Positions 40,646-50,547 of a stretch of 64,000 bases of DNA are shown here, in pieces; position 1 is the stretch's first letter, and each line of letters opens with the position of its first letter. The stretch spans positions 64,001 through 128,000 of the forward strand of contig CAWKKR010000008.1 of assembly GCA_963850305.1 (NCBI GenBank). Direction: 5' to 3'. The notes under the pieces were generated by a model that saw only the letters and a program-made list of their open reading frames with translations, was not told the DNA's origin and ran no database searches. The DNA comes from an uncultured delta proteobacterium (lineage in GTDB: Bacteria; Myxococcota_A; Polyangia; Polyangiales; Polyangiaceae). The translations under genes were made by a program, and so were the position numbers.

Positions 40646-41383
40646 ATGACCCAGGTTGCGATTCAGACCAGGGACGGGAGCTGCAGGAGCTTCGTGTATC
40701 GCCCGGGCGGCAGCGGACCCTGGCCCGCGGTGCTCGTGTTCATGGACGGCCTCGGCATCCGTCCCGCGATGCTCGAAGTCGGAGAGCGCATCGCGGCGCA
40801 CGGGTACTTCGTACTGCTGCCGGATCTGTTCTATCGGGCCGGCCCGTACGAGCCAATGGATCCGCACAAGGTCTTCTCGGACCCGGACCAGCGCAAGGTT
40901 CTCATGGAGAAATTCTTCCCGAGCGCGACGCAGGCCAACATCATGGCCGACACGCGCGCGTTTCTCGATTACCTCGCCGCGCAGGGCGACGTGAAGCGCG
41001 GCGGCATCGGCACGACGGGGTACTGCATGGGTGGCTTGATGTCCCTGACGGCGGCGGGCACCTATCCCGAGCGCATCATCGCCGCGGCTTCGTACCACGG
41101 TGGCCGGCTCGCGACGGACGCGCCCGAGAGCCCTCACCTCCTCGCCCCCAAGATGCGCGCCCGCGTCTACGTCGCCGGCGCCAGCGAAGATCAGTCGTTC
41201 CCCGACGACATGAAGGCGCGACTGGAAGAGGCCCTGACCCAAGCCGGCGTCGATCACCAGATCGAGACTTATCCAGCCAAGCACGGCTGGGTGTTTCGAG
41301 ATACGCCGGTCTACGACGCGGCCGCGTCGGAACGTCACTTCCAGACGCTCTTCGCGCTGCTCGACGCCAAGCTCGAGGCGTAG
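40646..41383 (+). CDS. Dienelactone hydrolase family protein
   Basis: MDGLGIRP, PDLFYR, GYCMGG, HGW. Confidence 0.92.
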   Translation: MTQVAIQTRDGSCRSFVYRPGGSGPWPAVLVFMDGLGIRPAMLEVGERIAAHGYFVLLPDLFYRAGPYEPMDPHKVFSDPDQRKVLMEKFFPSATQANIMADTRAFLDYLAAQGDVKRGGIGTTGYCMGGLMSLTAAGTYPERIIAAASYHGGRLATDAPESPHLLAPKMRARVYVAGASEDQSFPDDMKARLEEALTQAGVDHQIETYPAKHGWVFRDTPVYDAAASERHFQTLFALLDAKLEA

Positions 41384-41410
41384 CCGGGCGACGCGCCTCG
41401 ACGGAGCCGC

Positions 41411-41839
41411 TCAGTGGAATGCGGCCACCGCGAAGCCCACGATGAAGAGCGAGAGCACGAGGAGCAAGGCGCCGACCTTGGGTAGCTGCTCCATCGCGGG
41501 ACCGCCCTGCTCGACCCTCACGCGCTTCGTCAGTGTTTGCTGATAGCCGAGGGCTCCACACAGCAGCACCACGAGGCCGAGCTTCGCGTGAAAGAAGCCC
41601 CCGCCCCAGACCAGGGTCGCGCCGAATCCGCGCATCGACATCATGCCGAGGCCCGAAGCGATCAGCAACACCAGGCCGACGCTCCCGTTATGACCGATGG
41701 ACATCACCCGCAGGTACGTCGTGGTGCGTTCCGCGGCCGGAACGGTGCGCAGCGCCGCGCCGAGCCTCATGAACGCAAACCCGGTACCCAGGCCGAGCGC
41801 GAGCCCGACGAAATGCAAGAAGAGGAGGGCCGAGAACAT
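41411..41839 (-). CDS. Small four-TM membrane protein
   Basis: Hydrophobic segments; LFLHFVG, LIASG, FHAKLGLV. Confidence 0.75.
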   Translation of the reverse strand: MFSALLFLHFVGLALGLGTGFAFMRLGAALRTVPAAERTTTYLRVMSIGHNGSVGLVLLIASGLGMMSMRGFGATLVWGGGFFHAKLGLVVLLCGALGYQQTLTKRVRVEQGGPAMEQLPKVGALLLVLSLFIVGFAVAAFH

Positions 41840-41977
41840 CGCGCGTGACTCTACACCAATCCGCGGCGAACGTACGCTTACGCTCGGGCCCGTGATGCGA
41901 GGCTCGCGCGAGCGCGAGCCGCATCGAGCAGCCAGGGCGCGCTCGAAAAAGACGAGGCACGCCAGGTTGACCGCCTG

Positions 41978-44137
41978 CTACTGCACCGTGAACGTCGCGT
42001 GATCGGGCAGGTCCGCGAGCGAGGACCCGACGTACGCCGTGTACGTGATGGGCTCGACCGTCCACGCACTCGTCGTCACGTCGTAATAAGCGAGATCGCT
42101 CGCGCGGAGCGGCAGCGACACGACCTGCGACGCGCCGGGCTCGAGGTGAACGCGCGCGAAGCCCTTCAAGTCGTGCGGCGAGCGCGGCACGGCCGAGCCC
42201 TGGTAGCTCACGAAGAGCTCGACCACATCGTCGCCGGCCATGCTCCCCGTGTTCGTGGCCGTGACGGTTGCGACGAGTGAATCCGTCGCGGACATCGACG
42301 CTTTGCTCAACGAAAGTGGGCCGAGCGTGTACGTCGTGTAGCTCAGGCCGAACCCGAACGGGAACTGCGGCGTCTCGCCGTTCAGCTCGACGTAGCGGTA
42401 GCCGTGGAAATACCCGTACGTCACCTCGCTCGACGTGTCGTCGAACGGCGGGAGCTGCGACGCCGACACGGGAAACGTCAGCGGCAGCCGCCCCGAGGGA
42501 TTCACGTTACCGAACAGGATGTCCGCGATCGCGTCGCCGCCCTCCTGCCCGGGGTACCAGGCCATCACGATCGCCGGCACGTTCGCTTGCCATGCCTGCA
42601 TGGTGATGGCGCTCCCGGCCTCCATCACGACGATGGTCTTCGGATTCAGGGCCGCGACGGCGTTGATCAACGCCTCGTGCGCGGCCGAGAGCGTCAGCGT
42701 CTTTCGGTCGCCCGGCGTGCCGGTGCCCGTCGTGTTCTCGCCTTCGTCCATGGCAGTGAGCCCGACCACGACGATGGCCGCGTCCGCACCCGCGACGGTG
42801 GCTTCATCTGCAGGGGCGAGCGTGTCTGCATCGATCTGCTCGAGCGTGACGCCTTTGCCGCGGTCGGTGAGCCCCTGGAACGGGGTCACCGCGTGACTCG
42901 GCACGACGTTGCTGCTGCCCTCGTCCCCCATCCGCGCGATCCCCGAAAACGTCCCGACGACGGCGAGCTTCTTCACCTTGGTCGGATCGAGCGGCAGCAC
43001 TCCGCCCTCGTTCTTCAGCAACGTGATCGACTTCTGCGCGACCTCGAGCGCGAGCGCGGCGTGCTCCGGCCCACCGACGACGCTCACGTCCGGCGGCGGC
43101 TGATCGATCTGCGCCGCGAGCACGAGCTGCCCGCGCACGAGCCGGGTGACCGCCGCGTCCACCGTGGCCTCGGTGATGGTCCCGGCGTCGGCGCCGTCGA
43201 GCGCGGCGTGGAGATTCGCGAGCGACAAGAAATTCGGCGTCGGCATCTCGAGATCCAGCCCCGCGTTCACGGACGGCGCGGTGCTGCGAACCGCCAGGAT
43301 CCAGTCCGATTCGACGAACCCACGGAACTTCCAGTCCCCGTCCAGGATATCCGACAGCAGATGCGCGTTCTGCGAGCAATACGAGCCATCGAGCGAATTG
43401 TAGGCGCTCATGACCGACCCCACGCCTGCGCCGACTGCCGCGCGAAACGGCGGCAGGAACACCTCGCGCAGCGTGCGCTCGTCCATCGTCACGTTGACCG
43501 TGAAGCGCGTGTCCTCGATGTCGTTCGCCGCGAAGTGCTTGGCGTTCGCGAAGACGTGGTGCTGCGCGCCCTCGATGAACGCGACGCCCATGCGCGCGAG
43601 ATGCGACGGATCTTCTCCGTACGTTTCCTGAGCTCGACCCCAGGCCGGGTGGTGCAGCAGATTGACGACAGGAGCGAGGATCACGTTCGCGCCCCACGCT
43701 CGCGCCTCCTGTCCGATCGCCTCGCCGACGCGCGTCTCCAGCTCTTCGTCGAAGGTCGCACCACGCGCCATCGCGACGGGAAACGCCGTCGCCTGCTCCG
43801 CCGCCCCTTGCACGAACTGCGTGGCCGTGAGTCCTCGCGCGCCGTCCGACATCGCGTAACCGGGAATACCGAGCCGCGGCACGCCGGGCGTGACCCACAG
43901 TCCGTTCACCATCCCCGTCCCGGCCATCATCGTGAACTTCTCGTCCAGAGTCATCTGCGAAACGAGGCTCGCGACCTTCGCCTCGAGCGCGAGCGTGTCG
44001 GGCCCCGAGTCCGACGCCGAAGCCGCGTCCGCGACGCCCGCGTCGGAAGTCGCTGGCGTCACCGACGGTTTGCTCTTCGAAGAACAGCCGGCTGCGAGAA
44101 GAACCGAGAGCAGGAGAGTGCGGCGCGACCGGGACAT
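41978..44137 (-). CDS. GH3 beta-glucosidase, lipoprotein
   Basis: Lipobox AAGC, GRAQETYGEDP, KHFAAN, VMSAYN, ESDW, NPSGRLPLTFP, FGFGLSYT, Fn3-like tail. Confidence 0.95.
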   Translation of the reverse strand: MSRSRRTLLLSVLLAAGCSSKSKPSVTPATSDAGVADAASASDSGPDTLALEAKVASLVSQMTLDEKFTMMAGTGMVNGLWVTPGVPRLGIPGYAMSDGARGLTATQFVQGAAEQATAFPVAMARGATFDEELETRVGEAIGQEARAWGANVILAPVVNLLHHPAWGRAQETYGEDPSHLARMGVAFIEGAQHHVFANAKHFAANDIEDTRFTVNVTMDERTLREVFLPPFRAAVGAGVGSVMSAYNSLDGSYCSQNAHLLSDILDGDWKFRGFVESDWILAVRSTAPSVNAGLDLEMPTPNFLSLANLHAALDGADAGTITEATVDAAVTRLVRGQLVLAAQIDQPPPDVSVVGGPEHAALALEVAQKSITLLKNEGGVLPLDPTKVKKLAVVGTFSGIARMGDEGSSNVVPSHAVTPFQGLTDRGKGVTLEQIDADTLAPADEATVAGADAAIVVVGLTAMDEGENTTGTGTPGDRKTLTLSAAHEALINAVAALNPKTIVVMEAGSAITMQAWQANVPAIVMAWYPGQEGGDAIADILFGNVNPSGRLPLTFPVSASQLPPFDDTSSEVTYGYFHGYRYVELNGETPQFPFGFGLSYTTYTLGPLSLSKASMSATDSLVATVTATNTGSMAGDDVVELFVSYQGSAVPRSPHDLKGFARVHLEPGASQVVSLPLRASDLAYYDVTTSAWTVEPITYTAYVGSSLADLPDHATFTVQ

Positions 44138-44187
44138 GGAGCGCCCAGCGTAGACCGAAAACCACGGTGGCCGTCAGACCGGTGTGC

Positions 44188-45102
44188 TCATCGCTGAGGC
44201 GATGCGGCGACGCCCTCCGGTCGGCCATGGGACGCCCGGCGCAACTCGGTCGGGACGCCGGCAAGCATCACCTCGTGAAGACCGGTGGCGCGAAAGTCCG
44301 GCAAGAGACGTCCGAGCTTTTCGCCGCTGAGCGTGTGCGAGACGCTCCACAGGTAGCGCATCTCGCGCATCTCGCGCGCTAGTTCCCAGAACGGCGCCGT
44401 CAGGGTGATCGCCCACCAGGGGAAACGCGAGAGCTTGAGCGAGCGGCCCATCGCGTCGCTCAGGAATGAGCGCAGTTCGTTGACGGTGAAGCTGTGACCG
44501 GGGAAAGGGATGTCCTCGAACGACTCCAGCTGGTCGCGCATCTCTGCCAGCGCCACCGCAGCGCGCGCCCAGTCCGGCAAGTAGCAGTACGCCTGCATCG
44601 CGTCGGGATCGCCCGCGGTAGTGACCTTGCCTCCGTCGATCGCGCGTAGCAGCAGCATGCTCATCACGTCGCCGTTGCCGTTCGGGTCGATGAAGTTCCC
44701 GGCGCGCAGCACCAGGGTTCGCACGCCTGCATCGCGGTAGGCCTGCTCCATCTGCTCACGGATCCGACCTTTGCGGCTGCTGGGAGCGTGCGGCGTGTGC
44801 TCCGACCACTCGCCGCCCTGCGCGCCGAGGTTGTAGACGTTGCCTGGAATGATCACGGTGGCGCCGCTTGCCTTCGCCGCCTCGATCACCTGCCGGGTGA
44901 TCGCCGGAACCAGCCGTGCCCAGTCGTGGTAGGCCGGCGGATTCAGGCCATTGACGATCACGTCGACTCCCTGCGCCGCGGCGACCATGTCGTTGGACCT
45001 GCGGTCGTAACGGCGAACGTTCCAGCCGGCTCGCGTGAACGCCTCGGCTGCGTGGCTGCCGATCTTGCCCGAGCTCCCCAGAATCAGTGCTGTCCCGGTC
45101 AT
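44188..45102 (-). CDS. NAD-dependent epimerase/dehydratase family protein
   Basis: ILGSSGKIG, PGNVYN, KGRIREQME, LRAGNF. Confidence 0.88.
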   Translation of the reverse strand: MTGTALILGSSGKIGSHAAEAFTRAGWNVRRYDRRSNDMVAAAQGVDVIVNGLNPPAYHDWARLVPAITRQVIEAAKASGATVIIPGNVYNLGAQGGEWSEHTPHAPSSRKGRIREQMEQAYRDAGVRTLVLRAGNFIDPNGNGDVMSMLLLRAIDGGKVTTAGDPDAMQAYCYLPDWARAAVALAEMRDQLESFEDIPFPGHSFTVNELRSFLSDAMGRSLKLSRFPWWAITLTAPFWELAREMREMRYLWSVSHTLSGEKLGRLLPDFRATGLHEVMLAGVPTELRRASHGRPEGVAASPQR

Positions 45103-45153
45103 GATGTTTTCTTTTCGTGAAGTGGACGAACGCAACATGCGCGCGTCCGCCGG

Positions 45154-45705
45154 CTAACGCTCGTCCTTCCCGAACAGCCCCATCTTGGCATTGTAGACCA
45201 TCTTCCCGTACTTCCGATCCGTCACGACGATCTGCGATTCGCTCGGCACCTCGATCACGACCTTGCTCGGGAGCCCGCCAGGCTTCGAGCCCTCGTCTCG
45301 GCCGCTCGTCTTCAGTGTGACGCTGTGATCCGAATCGTCCGTGAACTCGATCTGGATCTTGTGGAGCGGCACCATCTTCGCCCCCGTGCGGCGGAGCGTG
45401 TACCACCACCACTTGCCCTCGGGACCCCGGCGGAACGCCATCCCGTTCCACGCGACCGCGTCGCTCTCGTGACTCATGCACTTGGCCTTCTTCGCGAGAT
45501 CGTCCCCGGCCTTCTTCGAGCACTTCTTCTCGGCCGCGTCGTGCACGTCCGACGCCATGAACGACAGATCGAAGTAGACCCCGTCGCGCTCCAGCACCTC
45601 TTCCGCGGAGCGATCCGCGTGCGCGTTCGGAGCGCTCACGGCAAAGATGCTCGCCAACCCAACGCCTATCAGAGCTCGGACTAACCCCTGCATTCTCATC
45701 CGCAT
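45154..45705 (-). CDS. Secreted hypothetical protein (start 45693-45705)
   Basis: Signal peptide ending AHA-D, Lys-rich mature region, CSKKAG...AKC pair; the upstream part of the ORF is repeat-derived. Confidence 0.75.
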   Translation of the reverse strand: MRMRMQGLVRALIGVGLASIFAVSAPNAHADRSAEEVLERDGVYFDLSFMASDVHDAAEKKCSKKAGDDLAKKAKCMSHESDAVAWNGMAFRRGPEGKWWWYTLRRTGAKMVPLHKIQIEFTDDSDHSVTLKTSGRDEGSKPGGLPSKVVIEVPSESQIVVTDRKYGKMVYNAKMGLFGKDER

Positions 45706-45862
45706 AACACGCGCCCGCCGCGCATAGCCACGGATGCCCCAAAGACTCGCACGGCGATGGCAGTAAGACGAGATTTTGCCGTCCACGCAGGCGGCCAGCA
45801 GGCGGTCAGCAGGACGATCGTCGAGGGAGCCACCCCGACCACGGCCACGCTCACCCCTCACG

Positions 45863-46195
45863 CGACTCGAGCGATCCCGAGCTCGCCCACGCTCGATCCA
45901 GCTCGACTCGAGCGATCCCGAGCTCGCCCACGCTCGATCCAGCTCGACTCGAGCGATCCCGAGCTCGTCCAAGCTCGATCCGGCTCGCGTTGAGCCATCC
46001 AGAGCTTGGACGGGCGTCCCGCCGCTCCGATGAGCGGGCGCAACGCTCGAGCGAGCGTCGCACGACTCGATTCGAGCCGCGCCGAGCTCAATCGAGCCCC
46101 GATTTACCTCGATTCGAGCCGCGCCGAGCACAGGTTAGCCTGGTCTCACCTCGGTTCGAGCCGGCGGGAGCACAGACGAGCTTTTTTTTGCTCGT
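45863..46195. repeat. Degenerate 41-42-bp tandem array with internal GAGC/GCTC phasing, ending in a hairpin
   Basis: CGACTCGAGCGATCCCGAGCTCGCCCACGCTCGATCCAGCT at 45863, 45904 and 45945 (variant); degenerate units to 46067; CGATTCGAGCCGCGCCGAGC at 46068 and 46110, variant at 46152; ACGAGC-T8-GCTCGT at 46176-46195. Confidence 0.85.
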
Positions 46196-46459
46196 GACGA
46201 GCCGCGCGACGCAGGCGTGAGCCATTGGACGCGCTCGACGAGCAAACCGAGCACACGGATGCGCTGCTCTGCGGCGCGAATGCGCGAAGCAATGCTCCGG
46301 CCAGCGAGTATCCAGCGGGATTCCTGCGCCGGCCCGAAATTCGGGAGGTGGGGCAGGAATTAGTTTCGTTGCCGGGTGTTTGAACATTTGAACCGAGCGC
46401 GGAACGACATCGCGAAGCGCTCACCCACAGGGGACAACCCCAGAAAAGAAAGCAAAGTC

Positions 46460-47317
46460 ATGTCAACGCACAAGCAAATCACGCATACCAAGCACAATTC
46501 TCGGCATAGAGAGTTGGCCTTGGCGGATCCCTCCGGCTTCGAGACTGCCTATGATCGTCGGTTGAAGGAGATCATGGCGGTGCCGGAGGAGGAGCTCCTT
46601 CCTCTCAACTTCGACGTGCACGTGGCCATCTCCATCGTGCTCGGCGCTCTTGGGAAGATCGAGCCCCTCATCCCGGCGGTGTCGAAGCTGCCGGGAATCA
46701 AGCATGCTCGCGTGACCGCGCTGGAGGATTATGCGCGGGCCGCGGGCGAAGCGAGCGTGCGGTTCGACGTTGCGACCGAGCCGCCCGCGGGCATCGTCGG
46801 TCTCAACGAGGCCGCAATCGCGCTTCGGGAGAAGTTCCGCGTGAGCGCGCAATCGCTCGTCAACGCGGAGCTCCTTCCCGAAGACAAGGTCGCGATGTTC
46901 CAGGGCCTCACCGGCTACCGGAACGTCGCGTACGAGCTTGCAGGATGGGCCAACGTTCTGCAGGAATATTGGTCGGCGATCCAGGGCAAGACGACGGTCA
47001 CCCTGGAGGACCTCGGACAGGCCAAGCTCGTCGCAGAGGAGCTCGTGCAGGCGGCGGGTGAACGCGATCAGCAACCCGCCGCGGTATCGAGCGCCGCACG
47101 GATCCGGCAGCAAGCAATGACGCTGCTCGCCGGTTCCTACGACGAGACGCGACGCGGGATCCTGTACCTCAGATGGGCGGAGGGCGACGCCGACACGATC
47201 GCGCCTTCGTTCTACATCCGGGGTCACAAGCAGGACGTCGCGCCGACACCGGAACCCGAGCCCGCCCCCGTACCGCCCACGCCGACGCCTGTCGCGCCGG
47301 CGGGCGTCACCCACTGA
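46460..47317 (+). CDS. Hypothetical all-helical protein with Pro-rich tail
   Basis: Coding-like ORF; YDETRRGILYLRWAEGDADTIAPSFY motif, which I recall from a Polyangiaceae hypothetical family (unverified). Confidence 0.8.
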   Translation: MSTHKQITHTKHNSRHRELALADPSGFETAYDRRLKEIMAVPEEELLPLNFDVHVAISIVLGALGKIEPLIPAVSKLPGIKHARVTALEDYARAAGEASVRFDVATEPPAGIVGLNEAAIALREKFRVSAQSLVNAELLPEDKVAMFQGLTGYRNVAYELAGWANVLQEYWSAIQGKTTVTLEDLGQAKLVAEELVQAAGERDQQPAAVSSAARIRQQAMTLLAGSYDETRRGILYLRWAEGDADTIAPSFYIRGHKQDVAPTPEPEPAPVPPTPTPVAPAGVTH

Positions 47318-47381
47318 CAGGAAGGAGGCGAAATGCAAAGGAGGTCAGAGACCTGTCCTAATAGAATAAATATAGGAGAAA

Positions 47382-47421
47382 GAGGCGGCCCGTTTCGCGA
47401 CGGGTCGCCTCGAGTCTTTTG
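47382..47421 (+). terminator. Probable intrinsic terminator between convergent genes
   Basis: 12-bp stem GAGGCGGCCCGT-TTCGCG-ACGGGTCGCCTC followed by GAGTCTTTTG. Confidence 0.6.
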
Positions 47422-47443
47422 TGAGCAGACGGAATGCCAGAGG

Positions 47444-48199
47444 TCAATGCGCATTCCGCGCCGGCCGCTGCTCGAACACCAGGATGCAGGCGACGATGAA
47501 CGCCAACAGGGCCGCCGAGGCGGAGTAACGGCTCAACGCGAGCCCGCCCTCGGTCACGGGCTTGTCGAGGAAGTCTCCGACCACGGCTCCGAGCGGGCGC
47601 GTCAGGACGAACGCCGCCCAGAACAGGACCGTTCGCGAGATGCCGGTGAGATAAAAGGCGAGCGCGACGAGCGCGAGCAGGCTGCAGAACAGGAGCGCAC
47701 CGCCGGCATAACCGAGTCCGGCAGTGTCGGCGGTCCAGTCTCCGAGCGCGGTTCCGAGCGTCTGGGAGCACATGATCGTGAGCCAGTAGAAGACCTCGGC
47801 CTTCGGCGAACCGACGCTGGCGGAAACGGAACCGAGCGTTCGAAACCAGATCGCGAGCGACGCGATCAGGAGGCCGAGCAGCAATGCCGAACCGCCCGCG
47901 TAGCCGATCCCGAGCGAACGATCCGCGAAGTCCGCGAGCGTCGTCCCGACGGTCGTCGTCGCGATGATGGTGGTCCAGTAGAGGAGCGGGTGGAACCTCT
48001 TCGCAGCGATCTGCACTGCCACCGCAGCCGCGAAGAGCACGGCGAAGATGGCGGTTCCGACCAGATACCCGAGGTGCATCGACATGGAGACCGCGTCGCC
48101 CCCGGTCTCGCCGAGCGTCGTCGCGCCGATCTTGATGACCCAGAAGATCAGTGTCACCTCCGGTACTTTGCCAACCCTGTCGCCGGAGGACGCCGTCAT
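47444..48199 (-). CDS. COG4705/DUF347 membrane protein
   Basis: KVPEVTLIFWVIKIGATTLGETGGD; repeated GTTLAD/GTALGD; LTRPLGA. Confidence 0.88.
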   Translation of the reverse strand: MTASSGDRVGKVPEVTLIFWVIKIGATTLGETGGDAVSMSMHLGYLVGTAIFAVLFAAAVAVQIAAKRFHPLLYWTTIIATTTVGTTLADFADRSLGIGYAGGSALLLGLLIASLAIWFRTLGSVSASVGSPKAEVFYWLTIMCSQTLGTALGDWTADTAGLGYAGGALLFCSLLALVALAFYLTGISRTVLFWAAFVLTRPLGAVVGDFLDKPVTEGGLALSRYSASAALLAFIVACILVFEQRPARNAH

Positions 48200-48335
48200 G
48201 GTCGTGCTGAATATGGCCTATCCCGCACGCCGCTTCGATCCCGACGCCGGGAAAGTGCCTGAGACGCAGGAAGTCCAGAGGTTCGCCCCGTGAGTCTCGT
48301 TACGGATGCCGAAATCACCGCTATTCTCCTCCGGC

Positions 48336-49331
48336 ATGAAGATCGTCGTTCTCGACGGATTCGCGGCGGCTCAAGGGAGGTTGAGCTATGACGCGCTCGC
48401 TCTGCACGGCGAGGTCGTCGTGTATCCGCGAACGGCGCCCGCGGAACTCCTGACCCGCGCCGCGAATGCGGACGTGCTTCTCACGAACAAGGTACTGCTC
48501 GACGCGGGAACCCTCGCGCGACTTCCGGCGCTGAAGTACGTCGGCATCGTTGCGACGGGAACGAACGCGGTCGACCTCGCGGCGTGCGCGGAGCGCGGGA
48601 TCGCCGTCACGAACGTCCCTGGATACTCGACGGATTCCGTCGCCGAGCTCGTGTTCGCGCTCCTGTTTCATTTCACCCGCGGCGTCGCGGCGCACGACGC
48701 GCGGGTGAAGGACGGCGCGTGGTCCGCATCTCCGGATTTCATGTTCTGCGTGCGTCCACTGCACGAGCTCGCGGGAAAGACGATCGCGATCGTCGGCACC
48801 GGTGCGATCGGTCGAGCGGTGACGAAGATCGCCGAGGCGCTTCGAATGCGCGTCATTGCGGCAAGAGTTCCGGGGTCTCCGTCTCCGGAGCGGACGCCAC
48901 TCGACGTCGCGCTGCCTCTCGCGGACTTCGTGACGCTTCACTGCCCGCTCACGAAGATGACCGAGAAGCTCGTGAACGACGCCTTTCTCGGCAAGATGAA
49001 GCGCGAGGGGATTCTCGTGAATACCGGGCGCGGCGGTCTCGTCGACGAGGCGGCGCTCGCACGCGCGCTCACCGATGGCACGATCGGCGGCGCGGCGCTC
49101 GACGTCCTCGAACGAGAGCCGCCGCTCGCGGGCAATCTGCTCCTCGATCCGGACGCGCCCTTCGCGGCGCGGCTCGTCGTGACGCCGCACATCGGTTGGG
49201 CGACCGAAGAAGCACGCTCACGCTTGATCGCTGCGGTCGCGGACAATCTGTCCGCGTTCCTGCGCGGTGAAGACCAGAACCGCGTCGAACGAGCGACTCC
49301 TCAGAAGGTTTCCACGCCGCCGGTCATTTAA
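48336..49331 (+). CDS. D-2-hydroxyacid dehydrogenase (glycerate dehydrogenase-like)
   Basis: MKIVVLDG, NVPGYSTDSVAE, GTGAIG, LHCPLT, NTGRGGLVDE, TPHIGW. Confidence 0.92.
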   Translation: MKIVVLDGFAAAQGRLSYDALALHGEVVVYPRTAPAELLTRAANADVLLTNKVLLDAGTLARLPALKYVGIVATGTNAVDLAACAERGIAVTNVPGYSTDSVAELVFALLFHFTRGVAAHDARVKDGAWSASPDFMFCVRPLHELAGKTIAIVGTGAIGRAVTKIAEALRMRVIAARVPGSPSPERTPLDVALPLADFVTLHCPLTKMTEKLVNDAFLGKMKREGILVNTGRGGLVDEAALARALTDGTIGGAALDVLEREPPLAGNLLLDPDAPFAARLVVTPHIGWATEEARSRLIAAVADNLSAFLRGEDQNRVERATPQKVSTPPVI

Positions 49332-49426
49332 GGTCGAGCGGGAAATATGGCCCATTCAGGTAAGGACGTCACGGCTATGACGCGCGACCGGGCCGACGGC
49401 GCGTCGGTCGTCTGGTGAACTCCGTC

Positions 49427-50539
49427 TCACGGGCGCTCGCGCCAGGCGCTCGCCAGCCGCGTCACGTTCTCCGCCAGTTTCTCGAGTAGCGACGCGGCGC
49501 GCTCCATCGCGGCCGTCGCGGTGATGGGTGCGTCGCACAGGGAGAAGCAAGCCGTGAGCCCCTGTGCGAAGACGCTCTCCGCGCCGTCGCCCACGGCGCC
49601 CGCGAGCGCGACGACGGGAACGCCATGCTCGCGACACCGACGGGCGATGCCACCGGCGACTTTTCCGCGGGCAGACGAGGCGTCGAGCCGGCCCTCGCCG
49701 GTTAGCACGAGATCGCAGCCCAGTAGTGCTTCGTCGAACCGGACGGCGTCGAGTACGTAGTCGATGCCGCTCGCGAGGCGCGCACCCGCAAAGACGCGGA
49801 GCCCGTATCCGAGTCCACCGGCCGCGCCATCGCCCGCGCACGTGCCCGGATCTCCGACGACGTTCGTAAGATGCGTCAGCGCGGCGTCGAGCTCGCGGAC
49901 TTGGTCCTCGGTCGCTCCCTTTTGGGGGCCGTACACGCGAGTAGCTCCGTCGGCCCCCGTCAGCGGATTGGTCACGTCGTGGAGCACGATGACGTCCTTC
50001 AGCCGAGGATCGCGGTGCGTGACGTCGATGCGACGTAACCCGAGCAGGTCGCCGCCCGCCGCGGGGCTCGGGATACCGTCGAATGCGACGCCGAGGGCCT
50101 GCGCCATGCCGACGCCGCCGTCATTCGTGGCGCTGCCGCCGAGACCCACGACGACGCGCGTCGCTCCCGCGTCCAGCGCCGACCGGATGAGCTGACCGAC
50201 GCCGAACGTCGTGGCGCGTACCGGCGAGCGCGACGACTCCGGTGCGAGCGTGAGACCCGCTGCTTCCGCGCTTTCCACGACGGCGGTCGTGCCGTCTCCG
50301 AGCATGGCCCAGCGCGCGTTCACGGTGGCGCCGAGCGGACCGGTGACGCGGACCGAGTGCGTGCGGCCACCACTGGCCGCGACGAGCACGTCCGCGATGC
50401 CCTCACCGCCGTCGCTGAGGGGGCGCGCGATCACTTCCGCGCCGGGACACGCGCGCACCGCGCCGCGGCGCATCGCCTCCGCGGCGTCGAAGGACGTCAG
50501 GGAGCCCTTGAACTTATCCGGCGCAATGAGGATGCGCAT
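49427..50539 (-). CDS. Glycerate kinase (GlxK/GarK family)
   Basis: MRILIAPDKFKGSLT, SDGGEG, GLGGSATNDGG, GAAGGLG, TGEGRLD. Confidence 0.93.
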   Translation of the reverse strand: MRILIAPDKFKGSLTSFDAAEAMRRGAVRACPGAEVIARPLSDGGEGIADVLVAASGGRTHSVRVTGPLGATVNARWAMLGDGTTAVVESAEAAGLTLAPESSRSPVRATTFGVGQLIRSALDAGATRVVVGLGGSATNDGGVGMAQALGVAFDGIPSPAAGGDLLGLRRIDVTHRDPRLKDVIVLHDVTNPLTGADGATRVYGPQKGATEDQVRELDAALTHLTNVVGDPGTCAGDGAAGGLGYGLRVFAGARLASGIDYVLDAVRFDEALLGCDLVLTGEGRLDASSARGKVAGGIARRCREHGVPVVALAGAVGDGAESVFAQGLTACFSLCDAPITATAAMERAASLLEKLAENVTRLASAWRERP

Positions 50540-50547
50540 CGCGCGGC

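Noticed and set aside
45706..46131. N-terminal extension of the 325-aa ORF 45154..46131
   Set aside because: It runs through the 41-bp repeat and shifts register between units. The signal peptide begins at about 45705.
45863..46195. Possible CRISPR array
   Set aside because: The first units repeat along their full length with no spacers. The later units have only about 20-bp shared heads, are few and degenerate, and there are no cas genes.
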